Positions 13,450 through 25,124 of a stretch of DNA of 37,405 bases are shown piece after piece (the stretch's first letter is position 1; every line of letters starts with the position of its first letter). A program made the translations under genes and the position numbers. The DNA is from Catajapyx aquilonaris (Eukaryota): positions 1 to 37,405 of the forward strand of contig JYFJ02003809.1 of assembly GCA_000934665.2 (NCBI GenBank), given 5' to 3'. The notes beneath the pieces were generated by a model. It was not told the DNA's origin. It did no database searches and saw only the letters and a program-made list of their open reading frames with translations.

Positions 13450-14124
13450 TTCTGCATAATAACATGGCACTCCTCACATATTTCGGGAAGCCGCATGGTC
13501 AACGACCTCACCCGTTCCACCCACCCACCGAAACTATCGATTGATCCCGCCCTCCCACATCTGCAACACACACACACTACAACCCGGCGGCAAAAGACGC
13601 AAACATACCAAAAACAGTGGATGGCTGGCCCAGCTGCAATGATGCGCCAGAGGGTTCGAACCAGTAAGGGGGGGGGGGGCCTTGTCCGCAGTAGTTGTCT
13701 GCAGCACCCCCTCAACACCTGATGACCACGAGGGGCGGCGTGTGGTGGTGCCCGCACCGTGCCATGTCCGGTGTACAGTCCACTCGTGCAACCGCACCGT
13801 CCGGGTCTCTCTCAACGGACACGACACGGTCTGGCTGAGCGTACCACACCGTCGAACGACGCCGAATCCGAACAACACAACCGACGCCTTCGAAGGTCCG
13901 ACACCAACTGGCTCTGCAATGGGAGCTGGAAATCGCGTAGCTGCTTCATGGCTGTGTGGTGACGTCACGCAAATTAGCGAACGTGTGGCCTCATTTGCAA
14001 TCAAAGCGCGCCCGTTTAGTTTGGCGGCAAGTTGTTATGTAACGCCCGCTCATTGTCACTTTCCAACTTGACACTTGCCTTCAGGCCTTGCCCCTTTCAT
14101 TCCAGCAGTAGTTGCTACTTAATC
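13450..14124. promoter_or_regulatory. CpG-rich bidirectional promoter and first-exon region shared by ERMP1 (-) and QNG1 (+)
   Basis: Local CpG/GC island between divergent genes. Perfect palindromic CRE GTGACGTCAC at 13959-13968 and an E2F-like TTTGGCGGC near 14020. Candidate minus-strand donors for the ERMP1 non-coding exon include TTG|GTATGT at 13609/13608. Confidence 0.7.
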
Positions 14125-16721
14125 ATGGCGGAGGACATGGACCCGGGTTATAAATTTTATTCCAAGTGCAGTATGGATGGTGTACCAGGCGGTGTTCTAA
14201 CTCCAAGAGCGTCAGCTCAATTTATCAGCCTGGCTGCTGAGGATGTGACTTTGTCTAATGATGGGTCAAGGAGGGCAGCTGAGAAGGTATGTGGTGGGCC
14301 ATTACATTTCTGCAATGGCCTAATGCAGAGTCAGAGAAGTTGCTTGAGCTTGATTGTGGAGTCTACAACCTCAACCATCAACGCGCAAGTGATGCGTACT
14401 TTATTTTTGCCGACTTGACGTATGACACTCAGGAAAAGAATATTGGTTCAATTGATTAGCGCTGTCTTCCCTTGGAATGGTGTATGTACATGCCCTTTTT
14501 GCCGAATTGAGCCGATAAGGCTGCCGTTGAAGTACGTGTTCCTATTTCACCTCTCCAAACCAACTGATGCACTTCTATTCCTGTAATATTCAGCCCGACC
14601 TTTTTCGGGGTCACCTTGAAAGCTTCTGTATTTAGATTACACTGTGAAATCTATGTACATATTAATACAAATTGGCATTGTAGTATTGTTGCATGGGAAG
14701 TAGTGTAGCGTGGTTGCAATTCATAAATGCTATTTATTCATGGCATCACAGCAGGAAACTGGAATGCAATAGTTGACTGACTTGCAACAATCAACACTGC
14801 TTCCTGCCTGCATAATTTTCTCAGCTCTTGGATCGTATAGGCAGTGACAGACACTAAAATAAGTTAGCTTATGAACTTCATAGGCTGGCATGCGAGGATA
14901 CATGACAAATTTTGGGTGAACTTTGCTTTTCATTTATCGTCTGTATGTGTTTTTATGCCACCAACTTTTTATATCATGAAAATGTTGCACTCAACACAGT
15001 GAATTAGCTGAGGTGTCCAATATTTCAGCATCACTTGAGTATGCATTATGAAAATTGTTGATACACGTATTGCCCTTGTACTGTACTCGTCTATTCTGCC
15101 AAACTACTACATTATAACCAAATATATTGCAAGCAAGTAGTTGTTCGTATGACACTTTGGGAACATACGGAATGTGTTCAACTGTGCTAGCAGCAATATT
15201 ACATACAGTACGTGCAGGAAAATACAGATTAAATGTCAGATTCAGACCTTAGCCTATACATGTGAAATACTGAGTATCCTTTGCTTTGTTTTCAGATCAT
15301 TCAAGTTGCAGATAAAGTGGGATTTGGCAACTTCAAGCAAATGGCTCTTCATCCTTCAGTGGCCGATGAAAAGGCCATTGACTGGATATTTCTGATTGAT
15401 ACACTGAACTTCTCTTTTTGGACACCAGCAGGACAGGAGAAGTGGACTGTCCTGTGGAAAGGAGAAACATACACTGGGTACTTCGCTTTGTGTGCTGCAG
15501 TAAACAGAGCTATGTCGGTAAGTTTTGAAGGTTTGCTAAAAATGAGAAAAATTTAATAAATGTCCTCATTCTTACTGTTTTTAAATAATTTCTCGAAGCC
15601 AAGTAATCAAATAACAATTGAATTAATTATAAATTTATTTATGTATTTTATTTATTTATTTACCCCGTTTCAGGGCAGGGCCCTCTTGGGGGGAATTAAT
15701 TATAAAGATAAGCAACTTAGTAATTGCTGGAGAAAATTGCGTATATTCTTGTTATTATGGTATTTCACACGTAATATTTTCTGAAGGGAAATCAGAGCAG
15801 TTAAAGACATCAACCACCATACACTGCACACTGGCATAAATCTTAGGATTTGGCATTTCACACTTGCTTGTATTATTGCAGGAAGGTATGGATATCACAA
15901 ACCCAAACTTCTATGGTGCTGTGACTGAAGATCAGCTGGAGCATATCTTTCGTTCTGATACAAAGACACCAATTCCTATGATTAAGGAGAGAATTGAAGT
16001 TTTGCATGAGGCTGGAAAGAAGCTGCTGGAAAAGTTTTCTGGATCATTTGTTGAGTGTGTGAAGGCAAGTAACAAAAATGCCCAAGAGCTGCTAAAATTG
16101 ATTGTGAAGGAGTTTCCTGCCTATCGAGATGAAGCTGAGCTGCAGGGAAGGAGAGGTACGATATCTTAGTGGTCCATATGTATTTACAGTGTGAATCTAA
16201 AGCATGAATTTTTCTTCTAGTTTCCTTTTATAAGAGAGCCCAAATTTTGATTGGAGACATATGGGCTTGTTTTGAAGGGAAAGGACTGGGTGCATTTGAT
16301 GACATTGAATTCCTGACAATGTTTGCAGATTACAGGTATGTACAGTATGGTACATTACATCCTTTCAAGGAAATATTTCTGCACACAATGAAGTGTATAC
16401 TCACTGCATATGGTTGGCATTTAATACAATAGTTAAAATGTCACATGTTCCTTCAAAATTCTTCATTACTCCACTTGTATAGTTTTTATTTATGTTGTGA
16501 CATTTTTGGATCGTTACTCTGTTACAATATTCGTCTTCCTTAAACTCAAACTCCACCAAACTGTCAACAGTACTGCACAACTGACAACAATAGTCATTAC
16601 TTAGATTAATTGCATTACACAATCATATAAGCTTGAAATATTTTCCTTGCCTCGGATAGTTATAGCCTTGGTCTTCTTCCTGTTCATTATTCGTAACTGT
16701 TCTATGAGGTAGTTGGTCTTC

Positions 16722-16752
<31 letters not shown>

Positions 16753-17358
16753 GCAGAGTTCCTCAACCCTTAGTGGAGTTTGGAGTTATGTCATACAGTG
16801 ATGAACTGATGAAGAAACTGAAGAAAGGTGACATGTTTATTGAAACCATAATCACATGGTATAAATGTATGACTAGCATGGTTTATGGTATTCCATCTTC
16901 TGGAGGATGATCCGGAGTTAAAACTCATATCTTTGGTTGTAGATCTTGAGCAGGTGGACCCAATGTGACAATATTGTGAACGATACAATTCTTACTTTCT
17001 TACTTTCGTATTTTCTCACTGTCACTGTTCATAATCTGCTCAATATTTGGGTATCAACCTCTATAAATCACCCCATGTTGAATATGTGTACATATACTGG
17101 CACTAGAGCATATAATGACAGATTTAATGCATTGCAGGTGAGGAGATGAAAAATGGTGATCGTGAAGAAATTGAAATCCGAGGATGTTCCATCTTTGCCG
17201 TGGAGATGATCAAGGCCGATATCAGGAAGCTTGTACCAGATAGCAATGAAAAATTCAATTCCATCACCATAGATCACTTTTTGTGGGATTACAGAAGGGA
17301 GCATGCACAGGAGTTAGAGGCAATTCCTTACCATCAGGTTAGGTGCATCTACTACTGA
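14125..17358 (+). CDS. QNG1: Queuosine 5'-phosphate N-glycosylase/hydrolase (queuosine salvage protein, C9orf64/DUF2419 family), 6 exons, 354 aa
   Basis: Exons 14125-14286, 15296-15517, 15882-16155, 16221-16335, 16757-16827, 17138-17358. All are GT-AG and phase-consistent, 1065 nt in total. Family motifs: LTPRASAQFI, WIFLIDTLNFSFW, YTGYFALCAAVNRA, FPAYRDE, VSFYKRAQILIGDIW, LTMFADYRVPQ, EIEIRGCSI, IDHFLW, C-terminal HQVRCIYY. Confidence 0.94.
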
Positions 17359-17726
17359 AGCACTGCAGCTTGGTCAGAGTATGCATTGGAATAGAGAAGG
17401 AAATGGCAAGCAAGAGAAATCAAGAAAGGTTACGATTGGATATGGTTTGTTGCTTCTGTATTATTTAGAAATTGCCATTTGCCATACTAGTCCTCCACAT
17501 GTGAACTCTTAATGATAGCTACTATTTTTGAATATCAAGCAAGGTTATTGTAGTCATCTGTGCATATGTCAATGGGAACACGAATGGTTTTGTATAAGCA
17601 TTTGCATAGTCATGATAGGTTTTGACAAAGTTCATATTAAAAGTGCTATTCAGGGGATGAATTAGGAATAATTTGTTAAGAGTTCTTCTACTGAGGAGAT
17701 TGTACAAGTTTGCATAATTGGACAAA

Positions 17727-17732
17727 AATAAA
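17727..17732 (+). terminator. Candidate polyadenylation signal of QNG1
   Basis: AATAAA about 370 nt after the stop; an ATTAAA variant lies near 17636. Confidence 0.45.
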
Positions 17733-18497
17733 TTGGTTTCCTGAACCCACAGTGTGTATTCCCAGGCCTGCCTGATATTTTGGAAGCAGTTTTTTTTTGT
17801 TCCTGCTGAAGAATACGTCTTGGGAAATACTACCAAAATAATATTTCAAAACCTGGTTACATTTTTTCCTGCCTGAGCAACATCTTTATTACGAGTGGTT
17901 CAAAAACAAGTCTTGTTACATAAATATACAGTTTTGTTTTATCACATGACAGTAAATGCTACTGAATTTTGGAGGGGTTGTCACATATGCTGGCCATTTT
18001 GAATTTGACTTGAGAAAGACAGAAAGGTTAAGAACCTCAGCAATGTATTGCAAAATTATTTGCATCCATCATCACAGATTTATTGCAAGGAAATTCCTTT
18101 GGGACGTTAATTTACCCATCACTTGCTACACATGTAGGGCAAAAGTTATACAATGTTACAACAGATGAATGGAGAAGTATGTTCCAATGTGCTCAACAGA
18201 ATGGAAATATAGAACTGGAAACCTATGTGCACATGCTACTAAGAAGTTAGGGCTCATACAAAAACCTACAGAAGACTCATGGACTATGAAGTTACTTTGA
18301 CAGCCATGCACTAAATGTTTCCACTTATAATTACAGTCAATAATAATCAAAGGTATTGTTACAGTCATCAGTTCCTGGGGCAATAAATGTAATGAACATG
18401 TGGCGGGAAATGTATGACGTTTGGGTTTGCCCTCATTATTTTGTACTGGAAGAAGTGACATGAGACGATCGGAAGTAATCACAGTTAACGACAATAT

Positions 18498-18983
18498 TTA
18501 TACAAAAAGATCACGGATGGAAGAACATATGGAAGTTGCCCTGCATGCTGGCTCTTTATTATCATCAGGATCTTGAGCAGTACCTGAACAATGGACAGGA
18601 GAGGATGAAGATGTTACTGAAGTTGATGATAGAGAATCTGATGGCCTGCGGGGAGCATCTTGCTCTCTTAAGAAAGCTTCAATTGCAGTTCCTAGCATAT
18701 CAACATCTATAACAGATCCAGATGACCCATCCCATACAACCTTATTTTGGGTTTCGTCACCTTCATCGTCATCCACCTTTGCTTCACATCTAACACTCTC
18801 TTGCTCTGAAGTATCCTCAGCATCTGATGGTGGATATAAAAGAATAGGTGGTGGATAGCTGCAAGGGTCAGTGTCCGAAGCCCTTTCTGCCAGAGGCTGA
18901 TGACGGCCATTAAACCAGCATGCACCTGAAGAACGCCTTCTGCTGGTAACTGCACAGCCATCCAAAGAGTGGGACCGTGAGCC
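18498..18983 (-). CDS. Terminal coding exon of the same uncharacterised protein (161 aa + stop)
   Basis: Acceptor cattttcccacattgtAG at 18985-18984 in phase 0, giving GSRSHSLDGC... and joining cleanly to ...DLHAK of exon 27895-27345. Conserved-looking islands: KVVWDGSSGSVIDVDMLGTAIEAFL and C-terminal TSICSSIRDLFV. Minus-strand AATAAA signals lie downstream at 18084-18079 and 17890-17885. Confidence 0.68.
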   Translation of the reverse strand, partial: GSRSHSLDGCAVTSRRRSSGACWFNGRHQPLAERASDTDPCSYPPPILLYPPSDAEDTSEQESVRCEAKVDDDEGDETQNKVVWDGSSGSVIDVDMLGTAIEAFLREQDAPRRPSDSLSSTSVTSSSSPVHCSGTAQDPDDNKEPACRATSICSSIRDLFV

Positions 18984-20192
18984 CTACAATGTGGGAAAAT
19001 GTGAGTTTAACTTGCAACTAATGGGTGAACATACGAAGTGAATAACGGCCGCAACCTTGGAAATCAACAGTGCTGACCTTCCTGAAAATCACATTTTTAA
19101 CTAGTCTAAGACTCTAGAGAAATTCTGACACTTTACATGTTGGCAAGAAAAATTGCTATTTGAAATGAACACTTCTAATGGAAGGCACTGAATACACTCA
19201 TTTGACTGTACAGAGGCGCCATGAAAATCAGTCTGAAGTTGAGAATTTGTAGGATTCTTACCATCATCTGAGAGTGAGACTTACAATACACTTCAACTTG
19301 ATTTGTGTATTGTTTTCAAAATGTGAGTGTGAGATATTGTATTTTGAGTTTTCTGCGTTACGAGTGATCAGAAATAAGTGGTTCCCAAAGTAATGTAGCG
19401 GTATCATCAGTTGAAAGGTGACGTCAAAAGGGTGAACCAAATGGTGCAACTGCATGAACAATCTCATCCCTCTCATTTCGTCATTTCAGTAATCTAATAA
19501 AAGACCTCAGATATTGAAATTAGTGGCATAAATCTAAGAACTTTACTGCCCCCAGGACAATTAGTATATCCAGAACAAGTGGCAGAATCTTGTTATGCAT
19601 TGTTTTTGATATTGTTACCAAGAATGAATACATGATCAACAAGATCTGGATGTACTATCAATCCTACGTTCTGAGGGTAAGACAATAACGACAGTGATCA
19701 AACTCTCAAGCATGGTTCAGGTTTTTCAGGTAGCCTTACCTTTCTAAAAAAAAAAGTCAAAGATCTGCTTTTCATGTTCAATTACTTGACACACAGGCTT
19801 TATTTTTTTCATGAACATGAACATTGGTTTCAGACTACAAACATCAGGGTAAAATCTTTCAAGAACTAGAATATCTTTCTCCTTTGCCATGCCCATAGAG
19901 ATTCACACGCTTGTTGGTTTGAATGTTACATATCAGCGTATGTCGGATACACTTGGAAAATGGCGAAGAATCTTCCTCTGGCAAACACAAAGCATCATTG
20001 AAAAATTCCTCAACTCAAGATTTTACCCTAATTTTTCATAATCCTACACAGTATCAGTTAGGTACATTTACAAAAATGTCCCACAAAATAGATCAAGCTA
20101 ATGCTTAACATAATTTTAAAATGTGTTGTTAGAATTTTAAAGGCTACACTTTCATATCAGCTGACGCCACACTTTTACCTACACTACTTTCC

Positions 20193-20256
20193 TAGGCCTG
20201 TATCCACTTAAAGATAGGCCTGTACCCGCTGAAGGATAGGCCTGTGTCCGCTGGGA
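20193..20256. repeat. 22 bp tandem repeat, about 3 copies
   Basis: TAGGCCTGTATCCACTTAAAGA / TAGGCCTGTACCCGCTGAAGGA / TAGGCCTGTGTCCGCTGGGA. Confidence 0.75.
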
Positions 20257-20899
20257 GGGAAAGTCATGTCATGGGTTCTGTTCCCTACCCCTCCCAAATT
20301 CGGTCAGCCGATATGGAAGTCCTTCCTTTTTAACATTGTTATCATGTCCCTGCATATCACTGGTTTAACACACTCATAAAAATGGCAAGCAAAATAAATA
20401 CAAACTAACACACAAATGCATGAGATATACAAAATTCCTTCAGGTGCCCAAAATTCTAAAATTGCATAACTGGGCATACACATCTACAAGCTACTAGCCT
20501 AAATGTAGACATTTGACGTTGCTTGAACACCTGCAGGAAAATTATATAACTGGAGATCATACTCTACAAGATCAAATCTTGCAGTTTGTTATAAATATTA
20601 TTAGAGAACAACTTGGCACATGGACATTTCTCCCACCTCATAGTCCAAAGAAAAATAATTAAACCAAATACTACAAAGTAATGCAAAATGTTCAATATCA
20701 ATCCTCTTTATGTATACTCCTACCTACTACACAAAATGAAAATTAAAAATTAAAAAATTAAAAATGAAGGTTGTATAGAGCAACTGTTGTATTCTAAATT
20801 AGCTTTCCCAATATGAGAAAGAAGTACATTACATCAAAAGGAGTCAAGATTTGCAATTTTTGTCAACAAAATGTAGTAAAAACACACAAAATATACGGC

Positions 20900-21600
20900 A
20901 GAAAATATACGGGATAATTCCAATTGAAAGTGCAGTAGAAAAATCATCCTTGCTTGGGTCCCATCCCAGTATAGTATATTGAAATTAAGTGACTGTATAC
21001 TGTACCACAACTTTCAATGGACCAATACCACTCCATATGAAAGCTGGCATGTAGCAAGACTCTTTAATCTACACTTTGTGCAGTGTACTCTAGATCTGAA
21101 TGTGTATTTATGTGCTTATTAAATGAAGACCTCGGGAGAAAAATGATCAAGGTTCACTTCATGTGAAACTGAGATAATCCAATTTTAAATTTCGAAGGCC
21201 CATAAGCTTCCATTGTAAGTCTCACTTTTGGGGTCTTCCATAGTGTCCTATGATCATTACTCGACAACCACGACCAAACCATCATATTCTACACTAGTGA
21301 AAGTATCTTCCGAGATACAACGCCCTCTTATCCCCTTATCACTTGTTGTACGACTGCCCTATATTTAATACCCCTCGCAAAGCCTATCTTTATAATTTAT
21401 CAGTACTTCCCATGGAGCTGCTGCCTTTCGCATTCAACAACTTATAACAAAGCAACAAGCATTCTCTTTGTATTCTTTTTTTCTGACATTGTCAAACATT
21501 TTGAAATTATGTAAATGATGGTAACGGTGGTGGTGTCCCCCCAATAATGGTCACAGGCCGGATAACGGGGTATCAAATAAAGAAATAAAGAAATAAATAA
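20900..21600 (+). mobile_element. Decayed LINE-like 3' end with (AAAT/AAAG) tail
   Basis: Ends AACGGGGTATCAAATAAAGAAATAAAGAAATAAATAA; a related tail lies in reverse at about 15640-15685. The boundary is approximate and the protein similarity is weak. Confidence 0.35.
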
Positions 21601-22179
21601 GTATCTTCTGAGATATGTAACTCATATTTGACAAAAAGTGGATCTTGATCGTTCTTCTCCCGAGGTCTTCAAATATCAGGGTGGTATACAGTAAATGCTT
21701 TCCCAATAACATTACATCTTCCACACTCGATCTGCTTTGAAAGGATTTGATCATCTTATTTGTTATATTCTCCTGACTACCAGTTGAGGTCTTGACAGAG
21801 AAGTTGTCACAAATGCCATGCCAAATAAAAACCTGACTGTGAAGAGCACAACGAAGAGCATTACAATATTAGAACATAATTATAGGCAGTAGCATAAGGT
21901 TAGATACAGAGGTACCTAGTGTAACTGACCTATAGTAACTATGTTAAAATTTAAAGAGGACTGTTTTTTTATATATATAAAATCATTTTCTACGTGTGTA
22001 AAAATGAACATGTTCTGTGCCTTAAATGCAATGGGTATATAGTGTATAAGTTCAAACATTTTGAAGGATGTGCAATGGGTGTATGACCTTAAAGCTGCAG
22101 TTACATTTTTATGTAAAATCCTGTATTATAATATTCTTAATATTATACTGAAACACACCCAAGAAAGATTCACAGGTGA

Positions 22180-23937
22180 TTATGAAAGTGAACTCTCCAA
22201 ATGGCTCCCTCCCCTTCCGTGTCCGACTATTTTTGGTGATAGTGACTTTTTCCTGAGACTTTCCAGTTGTGCAGCAGACAGCTTGACAAACGTTCCCTTT
22301 TCTGTAGTCATCACCCTGGAAAACTGCAGGCCAGATGGCATGGGAATGAGCTGACTGCCATAGTTGTGCGGCATCTGTCCATCCCTTAATCCTTGCACCG
22401 AACGCTTTCCTTGACCACTGTGTGATCTAATACCTGGAGATGCAAAGAACTTTTGTGTTGGGAGGTCACCAACATCAAATGTAGATGATGACTCGCCTGA
22501 TAATGAAGAACCCTGGGTTGGTTGCACTGAGGCTAGTGGTGCCAGCTTGAGAGCCATTACTACCTCATCATTTTCAGTAATGGTTACGGCTGGAGGAAAC
22601 TTCACTGGTGACGCTGGTGGTGTGCCCTTCGGTTCATACCTCACCTCTACAGTGCGTTCTCCAAATGACCGGTCAAATATGATACGCCCACCCCGTCCTA
22701 TTCGGCGTTGAAATATCCCGACTTTGGCAGGCTCCTGCAAAACTGGAACATCTGGTACCGGTACATCTTTTATTGGTGCTAGGTAGGTGCAGTTCTCCTT
22801 TGGGTGAAATGCAAATGGATCTTCATCATCTGACTCATCACTTTCTTGGTATTGCGCATGTAGTGTGTTCTGCCTTTTTGTTTTCCCACTGGTTGACAAA
22901 AGTCGGACAGGAACAGTTGGTGGTGGATCATGCAGGTTCACCCAACCAGACTTTCCAGGATGGAACTTCTGTGCCGGAAATTTTCCACCCAGTACCCAGT
23001 CTGCATCATTACCATGCTGCAGTGGTCCTAATGATTTATTGTCATTTAGTGGTGCTCTTGGTGGTGATGGAGGTGTCACCTCACGAATCAACTTGCCATC
23101 AAAGTCTCCCGCACTGTATCTTGCCTCAAATATGTTCAGATTCACCTTGAGTTTCTCTCTTTTCACTGTTTCACGATCAGACACTAAGTCAGTCAGTGTC
23201 AGCACTTTACGCATGTCATGTCGCAAGGCCAACATTTTCTCATATGATCCTTCATCATTCTTTCTATTGCGACGTGTTTGCATCCGTTCAGAGCGGCGGC
23301 GAAAAGCCACATATGGGTCACCACTACTGACAGATTCTGTCTTGGTACGTAACAGAAGAGGGTGTCGTAGTACCAAACGCTTATGCAGCCAATAATCGTA
23401 CACAGCCGTTACAACATCATTAGGGGATGTAAAAAATAACTTGTGGGCTTCCTCCAGTGTAACCACCTTATTTACACTTTGTTGCTCCAAAACATCTATC
23501 ATTGCCTCAAATGTAAGGCCTTCCAAACCATGAGCTGAACACCACTGCTCATCATCTGAATCCATGTCATAGTCCGGGGGTGTTACGCACCCACCCAGTT
23601 CTGCACGCACTAACTGCTCAGGTTGTGTGTAGTTACATGGATAGCACCGCTCGTATTCTTCAGGATCAGTGAGTTCAAGTACCCCTGGGGTTGGTATTGC
23701 ATTTCCTTCATGTATAGCTTGTTGCAGGTGGTGCTCACATTCCTCATCCTTCTCCATGCCAGTAGGCATCTGCGGCACAGGACGGTTGATGACATTTTCT
23801 GGAAAGTCAGACTCTACACCATACATGATCGTCATTGGTCTAGAAGGGTCCAGAGCACGTGCACGAAATGACACCTTATTCGTTGGAATAGTACGTGGAG
23901 TAGCACCCTTTGAAGTTGATGGGGCCGTGGGACTCAT
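22180..23937 (-). CDS. EPC: Enhancer of polycomb-like protein (EPC1/EPC2/E(Pc) family, NuA4/Tip60 subunit), CDS without introns, 585 aa from ATG 23937
   Basis: Single open frame (ORF track 22180-24078). EPcA motifs: SFRARALD, VPQMPTGMEKDEECEHHLQQAI, PDYDMDSDDEQW, VYDYWLHKR, DPYVAFRRRSERMQTRRNRKNDEGSYEKM. EPcB-like motifs: DPFAF..CTYLAP and RRIGRGGRIIFDR. GCC-ATG start context at 23937. A polypyrimidine tract and AG at 23972-23971 indicate that ORF sequence upstream of 23970 is intronic. Confidence 0.9.
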   Translation of the reverse strand: MSPTAPSTSKGATPRTIPTNKVSFRARALDPSRPMTIMYGVESDFPENVINRPVPQMPTGMEKDEECEHHLQQAIHEGNAIPTPGVLELTDPEEYERCYPCNYTQPEQLVRAELGGCVTPPDYDMDSDDEQWCSAHGLEGLTFEAMIDVLEQQSVNKVVTLEEAHKLFFTSPNDVVTAVYDYWLHKRLVLRHPLLLRTKTESVSSGDPYVAFRRRSERMQTRRNRKNDEGSYEKMLALRHDMRKVLTLTDLVSDRETVKREKLKVNLNIFEARYSAGDFDGKLIREVTPPSPPRAPLNDNKSLGPLQHGNDADWVLGGKFPAQKFHPGKSGWVNLHDPPPTVPVRLLSTSGKTKRQNTLHAQYQESDESDDEDPFAFHPKENCTYLAPIKDVPVPDVPVLQEPAKVGIFQRRIGRGGRIIFDRSFGERTVEVRYEPKGTPPASPVKFPPAVTITENDEVVMALKLAPLASVQPTQGSSLSGESSSTFDVGDLPTQKFFASPGIRSHSGQGKRSVQGLRDGQMPHNYGSQLIPMPSGLQFSRVMTTEKGTFVKLSAAQLESLRKKSLSPKIVGHGRGGSHLESSLS

Positions 23938-24146
23938 GGCTGATCCAACAACGAAACCAGTATAGTCAGTCTGAAAAAAGCAAGAGCAAACTGCAGAATT
24001 TCTAATATTACCATGTATGCAGTCATGTGAGCCAAAGAATATGCAGCCGACCAGACAGCATACTAGTAAAAGAAACATCCTCTAAGCACATAATTATGGG
24101 TCGTCTTTGCCTGACCCAGCACTCTCATCTACACATCCTCTTTCAA

Positions 24147-24162
24147 CCCCCCCCCCCNNCCC
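24147..24162. other. Poly-C run containing two unresolved bases (NN at 24158-24159)
   Basis: Seen directly; local assembly uncertainty inside the putative EPC 5' UTR intron. Confidence 0.95.
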
Positions 24163-24325
24163 ATAAAGCAATATAGTGGCAGGAACTTGAAGGCCATGCA
24201 AATAAATTATTACCACCTGTTCATTTTGTTGTGCACATTAGAACTGCCCCATTACAGAAAAAAAAATCCAACAGTGTCCCAGCTGTTAACTGCCAAAATA
24301 CAGTAAAGGCTATAGCTACATGCAT

Positions 24326-24392
<67 letters not shown>
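24326..24392. repeat. (GAT)n microsatellite
   Basis: About 22 perfect units. Confidence 0.97.
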
Positions 24393-24393
<1 letters not shown>

Positions 24394-24423
24394 CATGACA
24401 CTTACAGCATATTCCCACGATGG

Positions 24424-24528
<105 letters not shown>

Positions 24529-24645
24529 GAGTTGCAGCCTTTTTACACACCTGCAGGTTATACGCAACTGTAGCAATGAACTCTCGTACCCGCATATACC
24601 CATATAATAATTACCCGTACTCCAGCACTATATTAGCCTACATAC

Positions 24646-24850
24646 CTGATGAGACGTGAGTACACCGCCGGTGACCACTTGGTCGCTTCTCTGCGGGTGG
24701 CACCTGTACCGCTGCTGTCCCCTTCTTGGATGGCTGTGATTAACTGGAGATATGCTCCGATTCGGATGGGACGGGGATGACGGCCATTGCGGTGCCGTAG
24801 CCAACCGACAAGTGACGTCAACTGACTGGGTCATGGTTACCGTATCAGAA
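24646..24850 (-). promoter_or_regulatory. Candidate promoter and 5' UTR exon of the EPC-like gene
   Basis: Small CpG-rich patch with a CRE TGACGTCA at 24813-24820. It ends in a strong donor CAG|GTATGT (24646/24645) that pairs with the acceptor at 23972-23971 (675 nt intron). Confidence 0.55.
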
Positions 24851-25124
24851 GTGAGCTTTATTTATTTTGTCAAACTGCAATTTAATTCGTATGTGCTATA
24901 TGAATGTATTTATCGTCACATGAAAGGCAAACCTGAACCACATACATAATAATCAGCCAACTATACTTGGACAACAATGGCAACTCTGTAATGCGCATGA
25001 TTCGAATAATTTGTTCAGGTGAAATCACAACGGAAAAATTCAAATATGTGCCACACCCATTGCTGGCCATCTAATAATTATTTTTTTAAATTGTAGTTAT
25101 TTTTAATTTAATAAAATAATCGCG

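Noticed and set aside
13429..14071. Several overlapping 100-156 aa ORFs on both strands
   Set aside because: Expected in a GC-rich promoter island; no recognisable motifs.
20193..20256. Short repeat array considered as CRISPR-like
   Set aside because: The units are contiguous with no unique spacers, the context is eukaryotic and there are no cas genes.
22773..23395. Plus-strand ORFs of 125 and 176 aa
   Set aside because: Antisense shadows of the EPC CDS.
23938..24078. Hydrophobic signal-peptide-like N-terminus (MFLLLVCCLVGCIFFG) of the 632 aa ORF
   Set aside because: It lies upstream of a clear polypyrimidine/AG acceptor at 23972-23971, so it is most likely intron read in frame. EPC is a nuclear protein.
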